DNA from: a virus
Strand: one strand, 5' to 3'
IMG/VR virus record: IMGVR_UViG_3300045988_000092
Span: 1-5,685 of that record
Length of the DNA stretch: 5,685 bases
In this document: positions 1 through 5,416 of the stretch, one piece after another
Numbering within the stretch: the first letter of the stretch is position 1
Layout: every line of letters begins with the position of its first letter
Program-made: the position numbers and the translations under genes
The notes under the pieces: model-generated
Databases searched by the model: none
Told to the model about the DNA's origin: nothing
The model's input: only the letters and a program-made list of their open reading frames with translations

Positions 1-55
1 CTTTTAATTTTCGTTTCATCGTTAAAATTTATTACTTTTCAACTTTTCCACAGTC
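1..55. repeat. Terminal redundancy: bases 1..55 are identical to 5631..5685, marking the circularisation junction of a 5630-nt circular genome
   Basis: Direct read: cttttaattttcgtttcatcgttaaaatttattacttttcaacttttccacagtc occurs verbatim at both window ends. Confidence 0.95.
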
Positions 56-86
56 TCTACTACTACGTCTACAACAAGTTAATATT

Positions 87-138
87 ATATCGCGCGTGCG
101 CGCGTGCGCGCTATCGCGCGTGTGCGTACGTGCGATAT
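87..138. repeat. GC-rich alternating purine/pyrimidine (CG/TG)n island with long-range dyad symmetry, flanked by ATAT ... ATAT. It can fold into a stem of about 24 bp with a TATC loop in ssDNA and is Z-DNA-prone in dsDNA
   Basis: 91-111 and 115-138 are strictly alternating Py/Pu. Pairing 87-111 with 116-138 gives a near-continuous stem with a few G-T wobbles. The island sits within an otherwise AT-rich intergenic region. Confidence 0.6.
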
Positions 139-151
139 AAGCATCTACTTG

Positions 152-169
152 ATAGACTGAATAGACTGA
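152..169 (+). repeat. Perfect tandem 9-mer ATAGACTGA x2. In addition, the 10-mer TACTTGATAG occurs twice (146-155 and 206-215), the second copy forming the loop of the post-VP4 hairpin
   Basis: Direct reading of the intergenic sequence. Confidence 0.7.
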
Positions 170-189
170 TACATGGAGCCTTTAGGCGA

Positions 190-225
190 CAAAAGCCCAG
201 TACCTTACTTGATAGGTACTGGGCT
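190..225 (-). terminator. Hairpin 12 nt downstream of the VP4 stop (AGCCCAGTACC / GGTACTGGGCT, 11-bp perfect stem, 10-nt loop) followed by TTTTG in gene sense. It is a candidate end-of-operon terminator or a ssDNA structural element
   Basis: Inverted repeat 194-204 and 215-225 read directly. The T-tract is short (3-4 T), so terminator function is uncertain. Confidence 0.35.
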
Positions 226-236
226 AGGTGACACTG

Positions 237-1256
237 CTAGAGCGTTCCTTTCTTCTTCATCTGTTTTTTTATCACTCTTTCTTTGGTCTTTAAGTCTTCT
301 GCGTAGTCTGCTTTTTCATATTTCAGTTTGTTCTGTTCAATTATTGCCTTTTGCCGGTTGCACTTTATTCTCCATAGTCTTTCCGGATTTTCCTCTTCCA
401 TTTTTTTTTCGTAATAGCGTGGTATCTGTGCTTGTTTTCCGTTGGTACACTGAATATAACCTCGCTCCCAAATTTCTTTTTTGTGTTTTTGATAGTATTC
501 GTCTCCCAATCCTGGCTTTAGACTCATGCATGCAAAAGGTTTTTGCTGTCCTAGGTCGTAGTATGTGTTGGCTTTCTTTCCGTCTATCTCGTACATTTTT
601 TTGGTGACGTATCCTGCAACATATCTATATGTTTCTGGAACTGCTTGTGCTATCTGTATTTGTCCCATGCCCCATAGGTCTGCTAGCCATTTGCTGGTAT
701 AGTATCCGTTGTGATGGATTTTATACAGGTTTTTAATGTCTGTTGGTTTCCATCCATATAGTATCATGTGGTAATGTGGTCTTGCTGTTTGTTCTCCATA
801 CTCTCCTGCCACGAAATAGCGTAATTTGCCCTTGTAAGCCTTTCTGACACGTTTTAAAAATTTTTGAATGTCTGGATACAGCAACGTTTGGACGCTTTCT
901 GGGCGCTTCTCTCCTGGCTTCCAGACGTATTGTACTTTTCGCATGATTTCGCCTGTTTTGAGTATCATTCCTGGTACGTGTTCGTCATCATAAGTTAGCG
1001 TAATAAACCACACTTCTTCTTTTGCATAGTTTCGTGCTTCTAATTCTATACGTGTTGTCCAGTCCTCCCTTTGTCTTATTCTGCATCCGATGCATTTCCC
1101 GCATGGTATTAGCATTACCTTTGGATTATACATCAAATCTTCATATTTTAATTTTTTGGCCGTTAACTCAGATAAGCGGGCGAGTGAATATACCCGCCCG
1201 CTTATTTCTTTATTTTCTGGGTTGTACAGCCTTATTAATGGCTTGTAACAACTCAT
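237..1256 (-). CDS. VP4: Microviridae replication initiation protein (VP4/Rep, HUH rolling-circle endonuclease), 339 aa
   Basis: N-terminal Cys cluster CGKCIGCR. Motif I FITLTYD, motif II HYHMILYG (HUH), motif III YVAGYVTKK (compare phiX174 protein A YVAKYVNKK). SD AGGTGA about 9 nt upstream. ATG overlaps the VP2 TGA (ATGA). Confidence 0.9.
   Translation of the reverse strand: MSCYKPLIRLYNPENKEISGRVYSLARLSELTAKKLKYEDLMYNPKVMLIPCGKCIGCRIRQREDWTTRIELEARNYAKEEVWFITLTYDDEHVPGMILKTGEIMRKVQYVWKPGEKRPESVQTLLYPDIQKFLKRVRKAYKGKLRYFVAGEYGEQTARPHYHMILYGWKPTDIKNLYKIHHNGYYTSKWLADLWGMGQIQIAQAVPETYRYVAGYVTKKMYEIDGKKANTYYDLGQQKPFACMSLKPGLGDEYYQKHKKEIWERGYIQCTNGKQAQIPRYYEKKMEEENPERLWRIKCNRQKAIIEQNKLKYEKADYAEDLKTKERVIKKQMKKKGTL
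1172..1205. other. Perfect 11-bp GC-rich inverted repeat (ATAAGCGGGCG / CGCCCGCTTAT) with a 12-nt AT-rich loop, inside the 5' end of the Rep (VP4) coding region
   Basis: The arms 1172-1182 and 1195-1205 are exact reverse complements. They encode I-S-G-R and L-A-R-L using GC-rich codons (GGG, CGG, GCC, CGC) that are atypical for this AT-rich genome. The loop in gene sense is GGTATATTCACT. Confidence 0.6.
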
Positions 1257-2125
1257 CTTAAGTAATCACCTGGCCTTCTTTTTTCTCCGTAGGATCCTGT
1301 TTTGTTCTGAGGTGCTTGATAGTTGTTCTTTTGGTCGCCCTTTTTTTGGTCGCCCTTTTTTGGTACGTTTTTGTCAATGGCTTCGCTGGTGTCGCTTCCA
1401 ATTTCGGTTAGTGTTTTCTGCAGTCCGTATGGGGTCATTTGTGTACTGCTGAGCATTTGCTGCCAACTTTGTGCTGCATTGAACCAGTCACTTTTGCTCC
1501 AACTGTTGCTTTGGTATGCGTTTGGTACAAATCCTCCACTTCTACTTACTCCTAGTGCGCTGCTGCTTGCAAGTCCCATACTTGCCCCGCTGATTGTTCC
1601 TGCGCTTCCACCTGGTGTGCTCGCTCCACCATTTGAGAATGCCAGTATTGGATTAAGTCCGGCTTTTTTCATATCTTCTACGGCTCTTTGATATGCCGTG
1701 CTAGACATGTGTTCTTGCCATTCACGGTTTGCTAGGGCTTCTGCGCTGTTGTAGTTCATGGCAGTGCTGTTTTCGATGTGGTTGTATACGCCTTGCATAA
1801 TTGACTGTAATGTATTGTAACCCATCTGCTTTAGCATACTTTGGCTGTTGTACTTGGCTTGCATGGCACTTTCTTGCCCTTGATATGCATATGCCTGTTT
1901 TAGCCATTCATCAACCTGTTGTACGTTGGTGCTTGATTGACTTCCGCTTTCGGAATGTCCACCGCCTTGCTGTGTGCTTCCGCCGCTGCTTTGGCTGCTG
2001 CCTGTTTGACCCCATCCTCCAAGAGCGCCTCCGATGTTTTTTGCTGCTCCTGCTATTGTTCCTACTGTGTTTGCCACGTTTCCGGCGATGTTGAGTGCTG
2101 TTAATAGTCCTGTTAAGCCTCCCAT
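1253..2125 (-). CDS. VP2: Microviridae minor capsid / DNA pilot protein (VP2-like), 290 aa
   Basis: Hydrophobic N-terminus followed by a Gly/Ser/Gln-rich region. Conserved gokushovirus VP2 core ...AYQRAVEDMKKAGLNPILAF... It sits directly downstream of the major capsid gene. Confidence 0.8.
   Translation of the reverse strand: MGGLTGLLTALNIAGNVANTVGTIAGAAKNIGGALGGWGQTGSSQSSGGSTQQGGGHSESGSQSSTNVQQVDEWLKQAYAYQGQESAMQAKYNSQSMLKQMGYNTLQSIMQGVYNHIENSTAMNYNSAEALANREWQEHMSSTAYQRAVEDMKKAGLNPILAFSNGGASTPGGSAGTISGASMGLASSSALGVSRSGGFVPNAYQSNSWSKSDWFNAAQSWQQMLSSTQMTPYGLQKTLTEIGSDTSEAIDKNVPKKGDQKKGDQKNNYQAPQNKTGSYGEKRRPGDYLR
1333..1362 (-). repeat. In-frame 15-nt tandem duplication in the VP2 C-terminus, giving KKGDQ-KKGDQ, with 14 of 15 nt identical
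   Basis: ggtcgccc followed by a T run, twice, with a period of 15 nt. Confidence 0.75.
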
Positions 2126-2126
2126 T

Positions 2127-2155
2127 TAAAAAATAGCCCGGGTTTTTCCCGGGCT
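2127..2155 (-). terminator. Intrinsic terminator or attenuator hairpin between VP1 and VP2: AGCCCGGG-AAAAA-CCCGGGCT followed by ATTTTTTAA in gene sense
   Basis: Perfect 8-bp GC-rich inverted repeat (plus 2135-2142 and 2148-2155) with a 5-nt loop, followed in gene sense by a run of six T. It sits directly after the TAA of the highly expressed capsid gene. Confidence 0.5.
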
Positions 2156-2165
2156 TCCTCCTTTC

Positions 2166-3866
2166 TTACAGTTTATACAGCCCCGGTACGCTGTACAGCG
2201 GCATACAACGTGTGGTCTTGTTGGCTACGCGGATTGCTCCGAAGAACTGCGGTTCGTTTTGTACGATGAGTGTTCTCGCGATTTCGGTTTTACCTTCTGT
2301 CATCCATTCCTGCGAGAGTGTCGGCACAGTTTCGTAGTTGTCTGCATAGTGCCAGAAATCTAACGTCCCTGTTGCATTGCTTCGCATTAAGCCACTTACC
2401 CGGTTTGGCTTCATTCGGTAGTCAGCCCAGGCTTCTTGATAGCCGAATGTTTCTTCATCGGATGATAAACCTGTTAGCATGATTTCCTTTTTCTTTACTG
2501 GCTGTTCGCCTATATTCGCGAACTGAGGCACATAGTAGTCAAGTCTATCTCTTCTACTCCAGAATCGTTCAAGTCCCTGCTGGTAAGTGCGATTGTGTCT
2601 TACGCACATTACACCAATGACGAATCCATGTTCTTCAAACGATTTTGTAAAGGAACTTTCGTTGATTGGCGTTACTGACATTGCGCCTGTTTCACCGATG
2701 GGTGTACTGTTTTGGTCTTGCTGCCCAGAAGTCTGTACGATTTGGTTCATATTGACATGATAGCGTCCGCCTCCCAGGTATTCCGGCACCTGTACTGTTT
2801 TGTCACTAATTGTGACATTCCACAGAGCTTGTACCTGTTCACGGTAACGGCTGCCACCTCGTGCCATCGTTTCATAGTACTGCTGTACCGCGATTGCGTT
2901 TCGTAGTTCGTTAATGGTGGTCGCGGTTACGCTTCCAAGGTCTGCGTACATCCACCCTCCATCGCCTGTGCTTCCCGTTGCGCCAAATGTTCCGCTGAAT
3001 TCCATTTGTGCTTTTTCGCCTGGTTTGTTGGTTTCTTTCAGATAGGTGAGACTTCCGGCCTTGTTGCTTGTCTGTGTTGACCCGACTACCATGGTTATTG
3101 ACGTTTTTGGGTCATTGTATTCTCCGTTTGACTCTCCCAGTCTGATTGGTGCGTTTCCTGTTAACGGTACGGTCACGTTCGGTCCACGCTGAGCATAGGG
3201 AAGGCAGCTTGAGAAGTAGTCGTGGAAGCGGTTTACAGGTAAGCATTGTCCGCCCGAGATTGCGTTCTGTATAACTTGTTCAAGACTTCCTTTTTCAAGA
3301 CTTCCTTTTTCTTCTACATCGTTGTAGTTGATATTTTCATCGTCTGTTCTGAATGTTGCTGCGTTCTCTACGTTTTCATCTCTGAAGAATTCATTCCAGA
3401 TTTTTACGTATGCTCGTATCGGCAGTGCGTTTATTTCGAAAGTTTTTTTGATTTTTGTTGGCACTCCCATGTAGTCTAAAATTGTTTTTTCTGACGGCTT
3501 CGGCTTGCTTTCATTTCCTTCAACTCTGATTTGTGGTACACTGTATGCTTTGGTAGGCATCCACGGTTTATCTTCTACTTCACCCATGAAATATTTGAAA
3601 TTGTCCCATAGGATACGGTTCGGACAGTAGAAATAATAGAAATCAATGAACGCGTCATCCATGACCGGGTATTTTGGCGTTGTCATTCGGATGATTGCGC
3701 TGGTATCTACTTGGAAGGTATCGCCTGGCAGTACTTCATCTACGAAGAATGGGATAAGTTTACCGCTATCGAATGTGGTTAAAATCGTTTGGTCTCTGTT
3801 GAATCGTGTTCGGCTTGCTTTCATTTCTGGAATTTGCAGAAAGTGCCGTTCGTTGTTTCTATTCAT
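2166..3866 (-). CDS. VP1: Microviridae major capsid protein (VP1 / F-like), 566 aa
   Basis: N-terminal region ...FDSGKLIPFFVDEVLPGDTF... is the characteristic gokushovirus VP1 signature. The length is typical of Gokushovirinae. SD AAGGGAG 13 nt upstream. ATG overlaps the VP3 TGA. Confidence 0.93.
   Translation of the reverse strand: MNRNNERHFLQIPEMKASRTRFNRDQTILTTFDSGKLIPFFVDEVLPGDTFQVDTSAIIRMTTPKYPVMDDAFIDFYYFYCPNRILWDNFKYFMGEVEDKPWMPTKAYSVPQIRVEGNESKPKPSEKTILDYMGVPTKIKKTFEINALPIRAYVKIWNEFFRDENVENAATFRTDDENINYNDVEEKGSLEKGSLEQVIQNAISGGQCLPVNRFHDYFSSCLPYAQRGPNVTVPLTGNAPIRLGESNGEYNDPKTSITMVVGSTQTSNKAGSLTYLKETNKPGEKAQMEFSGTFGATGSTGDGGWMYADLGSVTATTINELRNAIAVQQYYETMARGGSRYREQVQALWNVTISDKTVQVPEYLGGGRYHVNMNQIVQTSGQQDQNSTPIGETGAMSVTPINESSFTKSFEEHGFVIGVMCVRHNRTYQQGLERFWSRRDRLDYYVPQFANIGEQPVKKKEIMLTGLSSDEETFGYQEAWADYRMKPNRVSGLMRSNATGTLDFWHYADNYETVPTLSQEWMTEGKTEIARTLIVQNEPQFFGAIRVANKTTRCMPLYSVPGLYKL
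3281..3310 (-). repeat. In-frame 15-nt perfect tandem duplication in VP1, giving EKGSL-EKGSL
   Basis: caagacttccttttt occurs twice back to back. Confidence 0.8.
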
Positions 3867-4261
3867 TCTTCTGTTTTACTCCCTTCTACTGGTTCTTTTT
3901 TCTGCTCTTTGTTCAGTTCTTCCAGTTCTTTGAGCTTCATCGCGTTAGCTTGTGCTGTTGCTACCATCTGATGATATTCGTGGATGTTCTGCGGAAAATT
4001 GGTGATGTCTACCTCTGTGCCTTCCATAGCGCCTTGTGACAGGCTTTTCATAAATTCCGGGTCGAAACTTGCTTTTCTCACAATGTTTTTGATATCGCAT
4101 TCATCTGCGTAGCTTTCAATCTCTGCTTGAATGTCGATACTTTCGGTTTCTTGCAGGTATTCTTTGCCTTCTTTGTCTTTTGCCCAGACGTATTGTTTTC
4201 GCTCTGTTTCTCCTGGATTTGAAAAGAAGGGCTCGCGCCCTTCTTCGTATCTCTTATTCAT
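3863..4261 (-). CDS. VP3: Putative internal scaffolding protein (VP3-like), acidic, 132 aa
   Basis: Strongly acidic and Glu-rich. Its size and position are consistent with gokushovirus VP3; it lies immediately upstream of VP1 and is translationally coupled to it (ATGA). SD GGGAGGG 8 nt upstream. The functional call rests on composition and synteny, not on a recognised motif. Confidence 0.6.
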   Translation of the reverse strand: MNKRYEEGREPFFSNPGETERKQYVWAKDKEGKEYLQETESIDIQAEIESYADECDIKNIVRKASFDPEFMKSLSQGAMEGTEVDITNFPQNIHEYHQMVATAQANAMKLKELEELNKEQKKEPVEGSKTEE

Positions 4262-4493
4262 TCGGCTTTCCCTCCCATACTTTTTCAGTATCGTTTGTGA
4301 ACGTGCCTACTTCGTCTTCAAAAACTGCCAGTTTAAAGCCGGTATAGTCCTGGGGGCTCTGGCCGATGAAGGTCGTTTTGTCCTTTTCCATCACGTTGCA
4401 CATGCGTGCGAACGTTGCATTGTTTTTGCTTTCTCCTACCCATGTATAGCATTTTGCTACGTTGTCCCAAATTCCATAATAGTTGTGTTTCAT
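4254..4493 (-). CDS. Hypothetical protein, 79 aa
   Basis: SD GAGGAG about 11 nt upstream of the ATG. Its stop overlaps the VP3 start by 8 nt. It matches no family I recognise. It could be a VP5-like accessory protein, but that is speculation. Confidence 0.55.
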   Translation of the reverse strand: MKHNYYGIWDNVAKCYTWVGESKNNATFARMCNVMEKDKTTFIGQSPQDYTGFKLAVFEDEVGTFTNDTEKVWEGKPNE

Positions 4494-4511
4494 TGTTTTC
4501 TTTCTCCTCTC

Positions 4512-4634
4512 TTACAGTCGGATGCCGCCCCGCATTGGCTTTTGGCTCAAGTTGATTGCTTTGGTTTTTCGTGCTGTTACGTTAAACATACGGCGGTCCT
4601 TTGCGCCGCTCATCTTCTTACGATGTTGTGCCAT
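4512..4634 (-). CDS. Small basic DNA-binding protein (J / VP8-like), 40 aa: MAQHRKKMSGAKDRRMFNVTARKTKAINLSQKPMRGGIRL. It is absent from the supplied ORF track
   Basis: Hand translation of the minus strand. SD GAAGGGAG 8 nt upstream of the ATG at 4634, and a TAA stop at 4512-4514. It is very Arg/Lys-rich and ends in a GG-basic tail, as in the SpV4 and Chlamydia-phage ORF8 proteins and phiX174 J. It fills an otherwise non-coding gap in a tightly packed genome. Confidence 0.6.
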   Translation of the reverse strand: MAQHRKKMSGAKDRRMFNVTARKTKAINLSQKPMRGGIRL

Positions 4635-4845
4635 CGTTGTACTCCCTTCTGATTAGTTCTAGCTCAATATCATTTGCAAATTTTTTTGTTCGCCAGATTT
4701 CCTCCAGCATAATTTTTGCATCTTCTATGTTGTTTAGCTTTCGTAGCATTTTATATCCAGCGTTGATTTCTTTGTATTTTTTTTCAAGGAGGCGTTTTAG
4801 TGATTCTTTGGGCTGGTCTCTTATGCTCCATGTTTTGTGCATCAT
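4618..4845 (-). CDS. Hypothetical protein, 75 aa, Lys/Glu-rich and predicted helical
   Basis: SD AAGGAG 7 nt upstream of the ATGATG start. No recognisable domain. Confidence 0.55.
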   Translation of the reverse strand: MMHKTWSIRDQPKESLKRLLEKKYKEINAGYKMLRKLNNIEDAKIMLEEIWRTKKFANDIELELIRREYNDGTTS

Positions 4846-4848
4846 GGT

Positions 4849-4971
4849 TTACTCCTTTTCTTTTTCGTTGACACTATCGTGCAGCGCATGATAGATTTTG
4901 TCAAGCTTTTCAAGAATTTCCATCATGAGACGGATTGCCTGTTTGACGTCCTTAATGGAAATAAGCGCCAT
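4849..4971 (-). CDS. Possible small ORF, 40 aa: MALISIKDVKQAIRLMMEILEKLDKIYHALHDSVNEKEKE. It is absent from the supplied ORF track
   Basis: Hand translation. SD AAAGGGGG 7 nt upstream of the ATG at 4971. Its TAA stop overlaps the SD of the next gene. It occupies the only gap between the peptidase gene and the 75-aa gene. Confidence 0.4.
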   Translation of the reverse strand: MALISIKDVKQAIRLMMEILEKLDKIYHALHDSVNEKEKE

Positions 4972-4972
4972 G

Positions 4973-5362
4973 TTATACCCCCTTTCTGTATGTTTTGGTA
5001 CGCGTGTCAATGTGTACCCATGTGTCGTACACGATGATGCCGCAGCCAGACGGAATGATTTTATTCAGTTTGTTGGCAATTTCTTTTGCGGTCATGCCTT
5101 CAATTCGGATGTCTGCTGCCATTCCTCGCATGTGATATGAGTACTTTGCACCGCCTACCGCTTTATTCCTTGTCGGTGTCCGGTATCCGCTGTTTATGTA
5201 CACTGGTTTTCCGACTTGGTTTCTGAGGATATCCAGAATAGACACCAAATAGCTGTCGATGAATACGACTTGTGAACCATCTTTGCACGCAAATTCTCGC
5301 ACTTTAAAGTGCTGACCTACTTTTTCGTTTGCGTCTGTGTCCATGATATAGCATTTAATCAT
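4973..5362 (-). CDS. Peptidase M15-family peptidoglycan hydrolase (VanY / L-alanoyl-D-glutamate-peptidase-like), 129 aa; candidate lysis enzyme
   Basis: Zn-binding and catalytic signature SGYRTPTRN...GGAKYSYHMRGMAADI...WVHIDTR (SxHxxGxAxD plus a distal His-x-Asp), preceded by F-K-V-R-E-F-A-C-K-D-G as in M15_3 / T5-endolysin-type domains. SD AAGAGG 9 nt upstream. No signal peptide is visible. Confidence 0.85.
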   Translation of the reverse strand: MIKCYIMDTDANEKVGQHFKVREFACKDGSQVVFIDSYLVSILDILRNQVGKPVYINSGYRTPTRNKAVGGAKYSYHMRGMAADIRIEGMTAKEIANKLNKIIPSGCGIIVYDTWVHIDTRTKTYRKGV

Positions 5363-5387
5363 TGTGGTTTACCTCTTTTCATTTTGG

Positions 5388-5416
5388 ATTTTACCATTTT
5401 TTTTATCGCTTGTCAA
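5388..5416 (-). promoter_or_regulatory. Sigma70-type promoter for the whole minus-strand gene cluster: -35 TTGACA, 17-nt spacer, -10 TAAAAT
   Basis: Minus-strand reading is TTGACA-agcgataaaaaaaatgg-TAAAAT. The -35 is plus 5411-5416 tgtcaa and the -10 is plus 5388-5393 atttta. It lies about 25 nt upstream of the peptidase SD and ATG. Confidence 0.5.

Noticed and set aside
1-55. The 55-nt end duplication as a biological terminal repeat, LTR or TIR
   Set aside because: Direct repeats at the two ends of a window that otherwise encodes a complete microvirus gene set are the signature of a circular genome linearised with overlap. They are not terminal repeats of a linear element.
56-86. TAC-rich stretch (ctactactacgtctacaacaag) as a possible microsatellite
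   Set aside because: It has only 3-4 imperfect copies and no clear periodicity beyond that. It is not distinguishable from chance.
337-531. 64-aa highly basic ORF on the minus strand, nested out of frame inside the C-terminal part of VP4
   Set aside because: It is reminiscent of the phiX174 overlapping genes B and K. However, no SD precedes its ATG and it lies in an A-rich stretch where a basic frame is expected by composition. It is worth a conservation check, but I do not call it a gene.
173-607. Plus-strand 144-aa ORF, and by extension the other plus-strand ORFs in the track (1022-1261, 1323-1691, 1801-2094, 2270-2482, 2712-2906, 3246-3479, 3646-3933, 3789-3971, 3806-4039, 4131-4652, 4601-4891, 4837-5037, 4898-5140)
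   Set aside because: The given strand is T-rich and A-poor, so stop codons are rare by composition alone. The translations are Phe/Leu/Ser/Cys-rich low-complexity strings. All lie antisense to well-supported genes, and none has a convincing SD.
1722-1907. 61-aa minus-strand ORF nested inside VP2
   Set aside because: No RBS is present. The product is His/Gln/Arg-rich and unremarkable. It is probably a chance open frame.
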